Below are positions 35,770 to 50,593 of a DNA stretch of 64,000 nucleotides, in pieces. The DNA comes from Isurus oxyrinchus (taxonomy: Eukaryota). The DNA lies in assembly GCA_026770705.1 (NCBI GenBank), contig JANJGN010000326.1, positions 496,001-560,000 on the forward strand, written 5' to 3'. A program made the translations under genes and the position numbers. How positions within the stretch are numbered: position 1 is the stretch's first letter; every line of letters starts with the position of its first letter. The notes under the pieces are model-generated. The model ran no database searches. It was not told the DNA's origin and saw nothing but the letters and a program-made list of their open reading frames with translations.

Positions 35770-37990
35770 TAATGGGAACCTTCAATTATCCTAATTTAGA
35801 CTGGGATATGATCCATACTACCGGCCAAGAGAAGGGGTAATATTTTGAATTGAATGCAAGCACGACTTTACAGAATCAGACTTTTAACGGCACAGAAGGA
35901 GGCCATTCGGCCCATTGTTTCTGTGCTGGCTCTCCAAGTGAGCATTATGACCTAGTGTCATTGCCCTGCCATCCCCGTACTCCTTCACATTGTTTCTATT
36001 CAAATAATCACCTAATATTCTCTTGAATACTTCTATTGAACCTGCCTTCACCAGACTTCCTGGCGGCACATTCCACATAATCAGTGTCTTTGTTCCCTCG
36101 CCCATTCAGTATGAAAACAGTGCTGGATCTGTGTCTGGGAATGAAGTGAGGCAACTGGAGCATATTTCAGTTGGTAAAGCTTTGTGAAAGAATGACCAAA
36201 ATGTCAAGTTTAGAGAGGTTATGGAAAGGGGACAAACTCAATAAAGCGCAAAACAAAGATAAACATTAATGAGTTCAGTGGGGATTTGACCCTGGCGCGT
36301 TGGAGTGAAAACAAAAATTGGCAGCAAAAGGGTAATTGTGGAATTGGAGGACTTCAAAGCGAAAATGATTCTGGGAAATTGGAGGCACATTTTTACGTGG
36401 TGGAAAACAAGGGAATTCAAAGGCAGAGTTTCGTAAATAAGTAGATATATAGAGATTAAAATGAAATGAGGAAAAGGCAGTTTTTGACAATGTTCTTTTC
36501 ATATCAGAATAGAAAACCAAGCTGAATCAAAAAGAATGTAGGGGTAATCTGAAAACATGAATTTAAGGGCAGTGTGGCGGGGGTGAGAGGGAGTTGGTGG
36601 GGATGGAAGGGGGGATTGGAGTTGCGGATAGTTTAGAGCAGTGAAAATATATCATTAAAATAGATTTGCTGCTGACATAACAATGAAGCAATCCCCTTCT
36701 ATCAGCAGCAGGGCATCAAAGGATGTTTGGGCCCATTATGTCAAGATTCAGACCTTATTGTAGAGGCAGAAAACAAAGCTCAAGCACTAAATGTCTACTT
36801 TGCATCTTTATTTGAGTAGCAAATGTTGCCTATGCAGACATAAAGATGGAAGCAACATTTCATTGGATAAAAATAGAGAAAGCGAAGGTACTTCAAGATT
36901 GTCCATCGCCAACCCTGGAAAGCCACCAACCTAAATCAGTGGCACCTTGAGTTACCTAGGAAGTAGGGGAGGACACTGTGGAGTTTCTGACCTGAAGATG
37001 ACAATCCTCCTTGTCTACGGGGATTGTGCCACATGGCTTCAGGATTGCAAGTGTTACACCCCTGTTTATATATAGGGGAGAGGGGCGAACAAAGTAATTG
37101 CAGGCTAAAGATCCTAATGTTGATGTAGAAAATGTTTAAAGGCAATAGTCCGGGACAAAAATAATTCATATTTGAAAAAAAAGTCTGGGCTAATAAATGG
37201 AATTCTGTCTAACTGACTGGAATGGTTGCTTTTGGTGAAGGCGTAATAAGCGTTGATAAGGACAATCTGGTTCATGTTGTCTGTATGAACTTGCAATCGT
37301 TGTTTACAAGTGAAACATTATCAAAATAAATACTTATGATGTTAAAGAAACATGGAAACAGAACTTTCCAAACGGTTGGGTAACAGGGTACTGGTGAGCA
37401 GTTAATTTTTTTCAGACTAGAGAGCAGTATAAACGGCTGATCTGTAGTGGTCTATATCAGGTCCACTGCTATTTTGATGCCTATTAATAGGCTGGACATA
37501 GGCATTCAGGGAATAACTTGAAAGTTAGCAAATCATACTGACTCAAAAATGTGGTAAAGCATGAGGATTGTAAGAGTCTTCATGCGGATTTTGACTTGTC
37601 AGGTGAGCAAACATGTGACATGTAACAATTAATATAGTTAAGCGTATGTAGTGCCACATTTTGGTCGGTCGAATGAAGAAAGGCAATATTAATTAAATAG
37701 GATAAATTTAAGGCGTTCAAAAGACCGAGGTGGTGTACAGACACAGATCCTTTAACGGGACTGGGCAGTTGGATAGACATGAATAGCTTATGGGATCTTT
37801 TATTTTATTTAATAAGGGATTACAGAACAGAAGCAAGGAAGTTATGAAAAATGTTCAGAAACAATTGCGTAGGCCTTAGCTGTCGTATTGCATCCAATTC
37901 TGGACACCATACTTCAGGGCGAATGACAAGAACTTAGAGATGGTGCTGATGAAACTTACTAGAATTATTTAGGGAGAAGGAATTTCGTTC
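35770..37990 (+). mobile_element. Highly decayed CR1-type LINE ORF2 relic with nested insertion
   Basis: Degenerate MGxFNYP..DW (atgggaaccttcaattatcct), gcaagtgttacacccctgttt, aggccttagctg..tattgcatccaattctggacaccatac motifs in the expected order. Confidence 0.5.
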
Positions 37991-39639
37991 GGATGAAACG
38001 TTAGTACTCACTGCATTCAGAATAAAAACAATCACTAACCCGAAAAACCCAACATCCAGATCAGTAAATATCAATAGCCCACAACTCCAACATTCAGAAC
38101 CATAAATATCATTAACCCCACATCCATAACATCCAGAATCCTCACTATTATTAACCCCACATCCCGAACATCCAGAATGCAAACTACCATTATTCCCACA
38201 TACCTTTCATTAACCTGAAAATCCCAACATCCAGAAACATAAATTTCATTGACCCCACTTTCTCAACATTCAGAATCGTCGCTATCACTAACTCCATTCC
38301 AAACATCTAGAATCCTCACAGCAATTAACCATGTTACCAACATTCCGAATTCTCACTATGACTAATCCCATTCACAACAACCAGACTCCTCCCTATTACT
38401 AACACCGTCCTCAAAATCTGGAATCTGCACTAGAACTAAACTTATTCCCAACATTCAGAATCCTCATTATCACTAAACCCATTTACAACATCCAGCTTCT
38501 TCATTCTCATTAACATTGTTCCCAAAATCCAGATTCCTCATTATCATTAACCCCACTCACAACATCCAGATTCCTCACTTACACTAACCCCATTCCAAAC
38601 ATCCAGAATCGCTACTATCACTGACCCCATTTCCAACATCCAGAACCCTCATAATGAAAAATTCCTTTCCCAACATGTGGAATCCTAAACATTATGAAGG
38701 AAATTTGCTACATCCCGAATCATCACTATCATTAGCCCCATATTCCTAACATCCGGAATTCTCATTGTCACGAACCCCATTCCAAAAATCCGGAATCCTC
38801 ACTATCATATATCCACATTCCAGGATTCTCACTGTCAAGAACTCCATTCCCAACATTCAGAATTCTCACTATCACTAACCCAACACTCTCAACATCCAGA
38901 ATCCTCACAATCACAAACTCCAATTGAAACATCCAAGTTCCTCACTATCACTAACCCCATTCCCAACATCCAAATCTCCACTAGCACTGAATCCACATTT
39001 CCAACATCCAGAACCCTCAAAATACGAACGTATTTCCCAAAATACAGCATTCTCATTATCACTAACACAGTATTCCCAAAATCGAGAAACCTCACCATCA
39101 CTGATCCCACAACCTGAAATCCAGAGACCTTATCATCACTGATCCCACAACCCAAAACCAGAAATGACATCATCACAGACCTCATAACCCAAACATCCAA
39201 AATCCTCACTACTACAATGACAATCCCAGCATCTAGGTTCCTAACTTATCATTGAATATATTCCCAACATTCAGAATTTGCATTATCAGTAACTCCATTC
39301 CCAACATCCAGAATACTCACTATCACTGACCCACAACCCAAACATCCAAAATCCTCACTATTAGTAACGACAATCCCAGCATCTAGGTTCCTCACTTATC
39401 ATTGAATACATTCCCAACATTCAGGATCCTCACGATCACTAGCTCCATTTCCAAAATCCAGAATCCTCACTGTCACAGACCCACATTCGCAACATCTACA
39501 AACTTCACTATCACTAACTCCATTGCAAACATCCAACATCCTCTCTATCACTAAACCGATTCCCAGCATCCAGCATCCTCACCCTCACTAACCCCATTAC
39601 CAGCATTCAGAATTCTCAATATTACTATATTTTTTGTTT

Positions 39640-40582
39640 TGTTATATTCATTCATGTCATTTGGGGCGCCGCTGTCTAGGCCAGCGTTCATTAACCATCC
39701 CGCATCGCGCTTGAGAAGGTGGTTGATGAAATGCCTCATTGAACCGCTGCAGTCCATGTTGTGTAGGTACACACACAGAGCTGTTAGGGAGGGAGTCCAA
39801 GGATTTTGACCCGGCAACAGTGAAGGAACGGTGATATAATTCCAAGTCAGAATAGTGAACAGCTTGAGCGGGAACTTCCAGATGATGGTGTTCCTATGTG
39901 CCTGCTGCCCTTGTCCCTCTGGATGATAGCGGCCATGGGTTTTGACGCTGCTGTCGAATGAGCATTGGCAAATTCCTGCAGTGCATCTTGTAGATGCTAC
40001 ACTGCGCCTGTGCGTCAGTGATGGAATGCAGTGAATGCTTGTGGATGTTGTACTAATCAAGTGGCCTGGATCTTGGATCAGTCCGATCTTCTTAATTGTT
40101 GTTGGAGTTTCACTCAGCCAGGCAAGTGGAAAGTATCCCATCACACACCTGACGTGTTTGTTGATGGTGGACAGGCTTTTGTGGAGTCAGGAGGTGAGTT
40201 ATTCGCCACAGGATTCCTTGCTCCAGAGCTGCTCTCATCGCCATTGTAGTTCTATGTCAATTCCAGTTCAGTTTCTGGTCAATGATTACTCCCAGGTTGT
40301 CGATAGTGGGGGATTGGGTGATGGTAAAGCAGAATGTCAAAGGGCATCTTTAGATTATCTCTTGTTAGAGACAGTGATTGCCTGGAACTTGTGTGGTGTG
40401 AAGGTTGCTTGCTACTTGTCAGCCCAGTCCAGATCTAGTTGCATTTGTTCAGGGCTGCTTCAGTACCTGAGGAGTCACGATTTGGTTCTGAATATTGTAC
40501 AGTCATAAGCGAGCATTCTCACTTCTCACCTTATGATGGAAGGAACTTCATTGATGAAAGAGCTGAAGGTGGCTGTGCCTCG
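39640..40582 (-). mobile_element. Non-LTR retrotransposon 3' fragment inside minisatellite (copy 1)
   Basis: Same family as 28140-29452; MGYFPLAWLSETPTTIKK. Confidence 0.85.
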
Positions 40583-41124
40583 GGAATTCTCCACTAACCT
40601 CGCTTTCCCAACTTCCAGATTCCTCCCTTATGCTAACCACACATCCCCAAAATTCAGAATCCGCCCTATCACCAACCTCACACTGCCAACTTCCAGAGTC
40701 CTCACTATCACTAACCCCACATTCCCAACATCCAGAATGCTCACTATCACTAAAGCCACATTCCCAGTATCCAGAAATCTCACTATCAATAAACCACACT
40801 CCCAACTCTCCATCACTAGCCCCATTCCCAAAAGTCAGAATCCTCAATATCACTAACCTTATTGCCAATATATCGAATCCTCACTCTCACTAACCTCATT
40901 TCCAATGTACAGAATCCTCACTCTCACGAATCCCATTGCCAATATCCGCAAGCCTCACTATCACTAACACATTTCCAGTATCCAGAATCCTCACTATCAA
41001 TAAACCACACTCCCAACATTCTGAAACCTCACAATCACTAGCCCCATTGCCAATTTCCAGAATACTCACCATCACTAACATCATTCCCAAAATCCAGAAT
41101 TCTCACTGTCACTATTTTTATTTA

Positions 41125-42078
41125 TTATTATTCATTCATGGCATTTGGTCATTGGTGACTAGGCCTGCATTCATTAACCAACCCTAATTGCCCTTGAGAA
41201 GGTGGTGGTGATCTGCCTCATTGAACCACTGCAGTCCATGAGATTTTGGTACACCCGGAGAACTGTTAGCAAGGGATTCCAAGGATTTTGACCCAGAGAC
41301 ATTTAAGGAACGGCGATATGTTTTTCCAAGTCAGAATGGTGAGTGGCTTGAGTTGGGATGTCCAGGTGCTGGTATCCCCATTTGTCTGCTGCGCTTGCCT
41401 TTCTGTATGGTAGCGGCCATGGGCTTGGAAGCTGCTGTCGAAGGAGCCTTGTTGAGTTCCTGCAGTGCATCTTGTAGATGGTACACAGTGCTGTCAACGT
41501 GAGTCGGTGGTGGATGGACTGAATGTTTCTGGATGCTGTGCCAGTCAAGTTGCCTGTTTTGTCTTGGATCGAGTCCAGCTTCTCAAGTATTGTTGGAGCT
41601 TCACTCAACCAGGCAAGTGGAGAGTATCCCATCACACTCCTGACTTGTGTTTGTAGATGGTGGACAGGCTTTTGTGGAGTAAGGAAGTGAGTTACTGGTC
41701 GCAGGATTCCTAGCCCCTGGCCTGCTTTTGTCGCCACTGTAGTTCTCTGTCAATTCCAGCTCAGTTTCTGATCAATGGTAACCCCCAGGATGCTGGAGCG
41801 AGGAATTCGGTGATTATAATGCCGTTGAATGTCAAGCAGCATGGTTAGATTCATTCTTGTCAGAGAAAGTCATTGCTTGGCACTTGTGTGGTGTGACGGT
41901 TGCTTTCCACTTGTCAGCCCAGTCCAGATCTAGTTGCAATTGTTCATGTGCTGCTTCAGTACCCGAGGATTCGCGATTTGGCTCTGAACATTGCAAAATC
42001 ATAAGTGAACATTCTCACTTCGGATCTTATGATAGAAGGAAGGTCATTGATGAAAGTACTTAAGACGGTTGGGCCTCT
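41125..42078 (-). mobile_element. Non-LTR retrotransposon 3' fragment inside minisatellite (copy 2)
   Basis: QVRSVMGYSPLAWLSEAPTILEKLDSIQDK..LCTIYKMHCRNS; colinear with copy 1. Confidence 0.85.
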
Positions 42079-44808
42079 GAAATTACACACTGACCCCACT
42101 TTCCCAACTTCCAGAATCCTCCCTATCACTAATCCAACAATCTCAACATCCAGAATCCAGTCTCTTGCTAACCCGTCTTCCAACTTCCAGAGTCCTCACT
42201 ATCACTAACTCCACGTTCCCAAAATCCAGAATCTCACTAGCACTAACATCACATTCCCAATATGTGGAATCCTCACTATCACCAAACCACACTTCCAACA
42301 TCCAGAATTCTCAAAATCACTAACTCCAATTTCTCAACATCCAGAATTCTCACTATTACTAAACCACACTCCCCACATGCAGAACCCTCACTATCACTAA
42401 CCCCACATTCCCAACATTCAGAATCTCACTAGCACTAGCATCACATTACCCACATCTAGAATCCTCAATATCACCAAACCGCACTTCCAACATCCAGAAT
42501 TCTCAAAATACCTAATCCCACTTTCCCAACATCCAGGACCCTCACTATCACTGACGAACTCCCAACATACAGAATTCTCACTGTTACTAAACCATCCTCC
42601 TCACATGCAGGATCCTCACTATCACTACCCCCACATTCCCAACATCCAGAACCCTCTCTATCATTAACCACACACTCCCAACATCAAAGCCCTCAGCATC
42701 ACTAGCCCTACTTTCCCAATATCCAGCATCCTCACTATTACTAACCCGGCAATCCCATCACCCAGAATCATCTCTAACACTAACTGCATTCCCTATATCC
42801 AGAATCTTCACTGTCATTAAACCAACATTCCCAACATTCAAAATACTCACTATCACTAACCGCACATTCCCAGCATCCAGAATCCTCACTATCACTAACC
42901 CCACATTCCTAAAATTCAAAGTCCTCACTATCACTAACCCTATTCCCAAATTCAGCGCCCTCATTATCACTAACCCCATTCCCAACATCAAGAACATTCA
43001 CGATCACTAACCCCACACTCCAATCATCAATAATCATCACTATCAGTAACTCCACACTCACAACATCCAGAATCCTCACTATCACTAATCCCGAACTCCC
43101 AGCATCCAATATGCCCACCATCGTACATCGTATCCCCGCACTTCCATCACCCAGAGCCCTGATCGCTAACCTCAAACATTGTCACCCAGATAACTCACCC
43201 CTCGGCCGCCCCACCTTCTCATTACTCAGAGAGCTCATCATGAATAACCCCAGCCTCCAACATCAACCTCCTTCACCATGAAGCCTCCCACATTTGTAAC
43301 GCTAGGAATCCTTTTTGTTACCAGTCACTCAGTTTTCCAATATCATTCATACGATTTATTTATCACATATCGCCCCCAAAAGTGAATCTCCTTGAATTAT
43401 CGTCGTACCTGGAGCCTCATGAGTAAAGTATCTCTGTCGTGCCACATAGGCCAATTAGTATTCTTTTCTCTATGAGCTAGAGCCAGAACTCGAACTAAGG
43501 TCCATTTTCCTTTCCTAGGAACACTTTATTTCACTAACTTCTACAATTATATTAACTCTAAATATTGTGGTATTGTTACTGCTTTCAAGGCGCTGATCAC
43601 TCAGAATCGTTTCCGCCTCCAACAATAAGTCTGATACTCAGGGTCTCCGCTGAACTGCACGCTGCCATAATCCAGAGCTCTCTCAAATTCTTCATGCTCC
43701 TCTTTAGTCGCCTAGTTTCTTACCCATCATCCAAACTCTCGCTGCCATTGTCCAGCCTCCACTCAGTCACTAATATCCATATTGCCATCTCGTATAAACC
43801 TGTTCTCCCACTGCTTGGAGCAGATAGATGGTCCTGGGAAACAAGGAGCATTCTATTCTTTAGCAGATCGTTCGGTAGGATATTTAATTTCTGTACAAAC
43901 TACTAAGGCGACCAGGTTCTCCTTAATTACTATTTGTCACTCAAGACATTTGTTGCAATGCAGCCGGATAATCGGCAGTATGAACTCTGTGAAGTTAGGC
44001 TTTGAATCGGACTCACTCCCTTCTGACTGCCAGATAGAACCGTCCTAGCAAAACATTGTGGACTACCACAAAACAGGCTTAGAAGGGTTATTGTACTTAT
44101 TGACCCTGAGAAATGTTAAAGGGAGATAACCCAATGTACATTAAAGAATATTGGTAATTAGAGTTAAATGTGAAGTGATTGGATTACTAGGTCTGTGACA
44201 GTGCGAGATCAGCTGGAGATGTTCTCTGTAATCTCCTTCGATCACCTCCTTATCATTTCCCAGGGATGTTTTTTAGTCTAAGATCCCCGGTTATCTATTT
44301 CTACACATACAATTAAATGCCCGTTTATATTTCTCAAATTCGAAATAAACTTCAATTAAATAAGTGTGAACAATATTTTCTGGGTTTGAGATGGAGCAGA
44401 GGCAGCGAATTAATTCAGGCTAAAAACGTAACTGCGCTGCCTTGTTTCTAATTTTATTCAGCCAACATCCTGTTTTTCTGCTGCTGTGCAAAACCACAGG
44501 CCGCGTGTCCTGCAGTAAATCAATACACAGAGCTTTATCTACCGGTTGCAGCCTGCACCTGGCAGCACGCAGCACCGGCCTGGAAAGATATGTGCTGAAG
44601 TGTACGTCTGTCATTTTATGTCAGAATTAACAATATGAAGATGATTTGTAGCTTTGAAAATGAACGGAACTGTTTCGGATCTCAGCAAATGACAAGGTCC
44701 CCGCCGTTCTCATTCTTTAGGTCCCTCTGTCTTTTGTTCCTCTTTGCTTCTGCTTGCATCTACAGTCTAACACAATCTCCTGTCTATCTCTCTGCCTCAC
44801 TATCTGCC

Positions 44809-44958
44809 NNNNNNNNNNNNNNNNNNNNNNNNNNNNNNNNNNNNNNNNNNNNNNNNNNNNNNNNNNNNNNNNNNNNNNNNNNNNNNNNNNNNNNNNNNNN
44901 NNNNNNNNNNNNNNNNNNNNNNNNNNNNNNNNNNNNNNNNNNNNNNNNNNNNNNNNNN
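44809..44958. other. Assembly gap (150 N)
   Basis: Run of N flanked by CT-rich low-complexity sequence. Confidence 1.
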
Positions 44959-46599
44959 AACTCTGTCTTGCGGTCGGTTTCTCACTCTCAATATTTTCTC
45001 CCATCTCTCGTATTCTATCTCTCCTTGCCTCTAGCTCTGCTTTCGTCCTCTTTCCTTTCTATTTTTCTGTTAGTAATCCCTCTACTGATTTTCATCCCTT
45101 TCTCTCGTTCTGCATCCAAACTGCTATTTCTGTCTTTTCTTCCTCGCTAGGTAGCTCTATCTATGTTTCTGATCCTCTCTTTAACCATCTACCTGACGCT
45201 CAGTGTACACCAGTTCTGTGTCTATTTCTACTTTTATCTCTCTGCCCTTTAACTTATTGTCACATCCCTGTATCGAATATTTCAATTGAGTTCATATCCC
45301 ATTTGTTCTAAACTGGTTAAAAGTAACTTTAAATTGAGAAAGCAAAATGTAATTTACTGTCCTCGATTTTAGTTTATTATTTCCACAAATGGGATTTCTA
45401 GATTATTATTTCTATGTCTTTCTGCATCACAACCTTTTGTCTTTGCAGATATGACTCCACCTGCTTTTCTGTCCCCCCGTGTTATCTGTAACTTCATGTT
45501 ATGGGCACGAAACCCCACACTTAGGACACTTTTCTCTGCTTTTTATCCAAACAGCGCTTTGAGGCTGAAAATCGACTTCGGTAGAGGTGAATCCGTCATT
45601 ACCCGATCGATGGCGATTATACACTGGTCAATTTTCCACCCTGTGGAATTCCATACAGAGGAAATGCGGTGGTTTTAGATAACTGGTGGCCCATTCAATA
45701 CCGCCTGATATCCCACGGCCTGCCTCCCCCTCACTCCACAACCCCCTAACCAACCACCCCCCAACACACCCCCTCCCCGTGCAATCAAAGCTGAATTTAA
45801 CGTGAAACATATAAAGATGGTGGGAATGAATAGCTACTATATCTGTCTGGAAACTACATCGCCAGGTCATGAACTTATCATTAATTTTAATAGGTGGTGA
45901 ACCATGACTTCGGGGTACAAAATATCTTTGTTTGTTCCCAGCCCCGAAACTGAAATTTCCGGGCTGGATGTTAACTAAGCGAACTCCAGGAGATCATGAT
46001 ACCCCATAATAAAAACAACCAAACTCCCCATGTGCCCGATCACATCAAAACATCAATGACCTGCTGACTCGGGAATTCGTAGGAATTAGGGACATTACAG
46101 CAGAAGGGAGCAGAGCTGTCTGTTTTACGATGGACATTGCCACACTCTGCTGGCGAAGAAAGTGTATTACACTGTCATCAGTGCAACGTGTTCTTTCATT
46201 CATGGCCATCAGCTTCATCTTATCCAGCTATCTCGATCAACATATCGATTCAAATTTCCCACAATAATTTTCATGGGGGCAGGTGTCCATTAAAGAGGGG
46301 ATTTCATAGACTTAGGAGAAAGAAGTGAAAACATTCCTGAAGGTGAAATTCCTGAGGAGGTTTTAGGGGGACACTTACAAGAGAAATTGGTTAATTACAG
46401 TAATAACAGACGAGATGCCGTTGCTGGAGATGAACGGCGAGGAAAAGTAGACTGAAAGGGTAATCCAGTGCTCCATGAGATTTATTTAATATCCAATCTG
46501 ATCCTGAGTCTCAATTTTTAATGGAGCAAAAAATGGCTTAAAAGTAAGAATGTAATTTCAGTGTTTGCAAGAGGGCACCACGGCCCACTCTGTATCATA

Positions 46600-48180
46600 T
46601 ACATATAGATAGCAACAGTAATCTATTCCTGTAATAGCCTTCAAATTAAATATCAAGACTCCATCACTTGATAAAATTCACGTTAAATGACCAAAAATCC
46701 AATTATTTAACATACCTCAGAGCAAATAAGCAATGTCCCATTGATGTTATATCCCTCACTTTAAATGATAAATAATTCATTGGTGAAGTATATCACGTTT
46801 CAAATGAACAAATTCCAATCACTGTAATATAACTCGCAATAATTGAACAATAATCCATTTTTCATACTTTTCACATTACATTAATGATGCTTCCTAGCAA
46901 TAATATATCTCAAATTAAATAAAGAATAATCCATAAAGGTAATATCAATCACATTAAATGAACGGTAATTCATTGTAACTCTGTAACTCACAAGAAATGA
47001 ACAATAATCTATTGCTCTGATATGTCTCACTTTAGAGGAACAATGTTCCACTGCTGCAATACTCCACATATTAAATGAAAATGCATGCCATTACTGCAGA
47101 GTCACAATTCAATGAATAATAATCTTTATATTTAATATAACTCACAACAAATATTCAATAATCCATTTCTTCCATAATCTTGACATGCAATTAATACTGA
47201 TCAATTGTTGTCACATATCAGACGGTAAAGGAAAAATAATCCAGTGTTGTAGTATCCCTCAAATTAAAAACAATAATGCATTGCTGCAATATAACTCGTT
47301 TTAAATAATGAATAATCCATTGATCCGAGGCAGCTTACATTAATTGATCAATAATCCACTCCTGTAATATTCCCCAAATTAAATGAACACTAATTCCTTG
47401 CCATAATGTACAAGGTTTTAAAGTAATTCTGATTCATTGCTGCAATGCATGAAACGAACAACAATCTAGTGCTGTGATACCCCTTACCTGAACTGAATAG
47501 TAATCTATTCCTTTAATAAACTCACTCCAAAGGAGCAATCACTGTAATATCCCTGAAATGTAATGAAAATTACTTCATTTCTTCAATTTGCAACATATTA
47601 AATGCACACTGATCTATTGCTCAAATATCCCTTATAATAACTGAAAATAATCAATTTTTGTAATGTATGTCATATGAAATGAAAAGTAATGTATCTATTT
47701 GATATCCCTTGCGTTAAACAAGCAGCACTCTACGATTGAAATATCCTCCAAATTAAATGAACACTGACGCATTGCTGTTGTATACCTCAAAGTACTTGAG
47801 CATTAGTCCATTAGTTTCAGGTGCATCATATTAAGTGAATAATAACCCATTTCTGTATTATAGCACACTTTATTTAACAACATTCCATTGTTGGAGTACA
47901 GCTCACATAACATATTTAGTTATATATCTGTAACATCCCTCACATTAAATGAACAATAATCCATTACTATAAGAAGCTAATAATTTCTTTATTATCCCTC
48001 ACGTCAAACAAATAGTAAATTATCATCTTTTCTGATATACTTCACACTGAATGGGAAATATCCCAGTGTTGTAAGGTATCACAGATGAAATGAATAATAA
48101 TCATTCATTGTGACATATTCCTTACATTCCAAGGGCATTAACCGATAATTACATGTTAAGTTAATAACATTCATTGCTCT
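46600..48180. repeat. AT-rich degenerate minisatellite (~40-bp unit)
   Basis: Recurring attaaatgaacaataatccattgctgtaatatccctcac-like units. Confidence 0.75.
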
Positions 48181-50400
48181 TTTAAGAGTCTGTCTTGTGT
48201 TTGCTTGTCGTATTCCTCGAGATGTCTTTTATTCGTAAAAGTTAGGTGTGGAAATTAGAATCACTCTGTTTGGTTTTGAGTGAACATGAATAGTATGTAT
48301 GCTTCCCACTTGAAATTTTTCATAAATGATTTGAAAATTGGCCATTTCCTTGTGCTTTATTTTTACAGCAGCAGTACCGCTAAGAATTACTTCTGAAAAT
48401 AACCTGAGTCGTTTTTTTGCCCAGAGTGTTAGAAATGAACGCAATAATGTGTTAGTTTTCATTCACTGTCAGCATCAAGCTCAGTTTTTAGCGCTGAACC
48501 AGTTATACGGCTGCCGCCTCAGTAAGCTCACATGCCCAGGCAGATCTGTCGTGTTTGTGTACTCGCAGCTTTCCTGAGTGCAGCTAGAGTGTTAGCAAGT
48601 TGATTTTACTGACTTATATCTTTTACAACTGATCGGGATGGCAGACAAACCACACTTGCAAAAAAACATATAGTTTGACTGTTTTTTTTGTTGTAGTTTG
48701 TCAAATAATAATGTAAATACCACGTTAATCTGCAAAACTAACCGAACTATCAGGTTCAGGGGAAGAAATGTAATTCGATTGGTCAAACGATATAAACAAA
48801 CACGTTTACAAAAGGAAGGAAATTTTTTGGCCCATCGTGTGCGCGTTCTCCTGGAGAAAAGTAAAGTGACCCCGAGTACTGCTCAGTCTCCTCATCTTAC
48901 TTTGTTTAAAAATGGATTGAAAGGTGCATTAATATCCACCTCAGTTGCTGCCTGTGGTGAAGAACTCTACTCTCTATTGCAAATATATTGGGGAAAACGT
49001 CGTTTTCTTATCGCAATATCTTTCATTAAAGCAGAAGTACTATCTGGCACATTACAGAACAGGAGTAATCCTCTACAAACAACTCTACACCTCTTAGCGT
49101 TCAGTGAGAGACAGAATTGATTTTCTCCATTGTCATCCAATCTCTACAAACACTGTGACTGAGAATTAAGAATCAATTTGATTCAAAAGTGAAGCCCATG
49201 GCAGCGTGGATATTGGTTGGGGGACTTCAAGCAGGTAGTTGTGGAAAATGGTTATTTTTAAGGCAGGATGGTATATTTTCTTGATTGGAACAATAAGCAA
49301 ATTAAAGGGAATTAAATTAATACAAATTAAATAAATTAACAAATCAAATAGCCAGGTAATCCCTTAAAGGGACAGACTGGAGGGTATGTGCGAACAAATT
49401 TCCGAAATTGGCAGGCGGATTTGAGAAGGCTGCAAAAAAGACACATACGGGCCTTGTATTTGAATGCAAAGACAAAAAGGTAACAAGGGAATTCATGTTA
49501 AATCTTAATAGAGCACTATTTCCAGCACAGTTGGAGTATTATCATCAATTGTGTGCGCCACACTTTAGGAAGAATGTCAGGGCCTTGGGAAGGGCGTGCA
49601 GCAGGTTTTAATTATTTTATTTTATTCGTTCATGATCTGGAATGCACCCTTCAGGGGATGGTGGAAACAGATTTAATAATGAATTTCAATAGGGAATTTG
49701 AAAATATAAATGGAAGGGAATTTTTGCAGGTCTACTGGGAAAGAGCGAGGATAAATTCAACAGATCCTATAGAGCACACAAAGGTAGAAAGAGCGTCTTC
49801 CTTCTTCATCGTATATTTTGATAATTCTATTCAATAGACTGGAAGACAAACTGCAGCAGAGAACTTCTATTTATTCATAATTGTGATGTTGCGTTGTGCT
49901 GAGGTATAAATGCTGAATGATGCTCTATTTGACTTGGTAAGGGCTAGTGAGTTACTTCAGGCCAAAGATAAGTTGATAATGTCAAGCACCAGCTACACTA
50001 TCATCTCGCTGCACCAAACTCTTTTCTGCTGCTTTTAGCAGTGTAACAGCGGCTTTTGGGCGTTTCACTAGAATACGGAAGGTCCTCAATTCACAGAAGC
50101 AATGGCAACTTCCAGGCTGGATGGTAAAACACAACTTTAAAGAAAAACTAGCATCATCACTGACTGTACAGTAAGGGAGCATAGCCTTAGCATGGTGAAG
50201 GGGAGATAGATCATGAAGATGTACATATTGTGAAGGATTCACAAAGGGAGCAGTTAAGACTGCTGATGTTACCAAACACACGAGTGTTGGATTGCTCCCA
50301 GACATTGCGGCTGCAATTGCTATTTTCACAATCGGTATAAATTTTAATTTCCAAGTGTCCACGGGTTTCGGTCTGTTGTCTAGTTCTCTTCCCATCAAAT

Positions 50401-50463
50401 GAATTTGCATTTTTGAAGGCGTGTTGCCGACAGCCAATAAGAATCCTTAGTCTGGGATATAAA
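50401..50463 (+). promoter_or_regulatory. Ig light-chain-type promoter: octamer, CCAAT, TATA
   Basis: ATTTGCAT 50403-50410 (light-chain orientation), CCAAT 50434-50438, TATAAA 50458-50463, about 85-145 bp upstream of the ATG. Confidence 0.85.
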
Positions 50464-50547
50464 TGGGTCGCACCGAATTTTTGCCTTTGCACTGACAGTA
50501 AGAATCTCAGGCCCAGCTTGTCAATCAACGCGTGCCTCAGTGTAACC

Positions 50548-50593
50548 ATGGACACAGTTTATATGATGCTGCTCTTGCTAATGTGTTTCTCCA
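50548..50593 (+). CDS. Exon 1: leader peptide MDTVYMMLLLLMCFS
   Basis: 46-nt hydrophobic exon followed by GTGAGT donor at 50594; 124-nt intron. Confidence 0.9.

Larger units (their letters stand above)
38020..43260. repeat. Degenerate ~35-bp minisatellite interrupted by two LINE fragments
   Basis: Consensus approx. ccaacatccagaatcctcactatcactaaccccattc repeated throughout; strong C/A strand bias. Confidence 0.9.

Noticed and set aside
38889-43175. Hydrophobic minus-strand ORFs (GLVIVRILDVG repeats)
   Set aside because: Translations of the ~35-bp minisatellite with frequent frame changes
44635-45311. ORFs spanning X runs
   Set aside because: Artefacts of the N gap and CT-rich flanks
49119-49200. 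CACTGTG as a J-type RSS upstream of the Ig gene
   Set aside because: Poor nonamer and no FGxG or splice donor downstream
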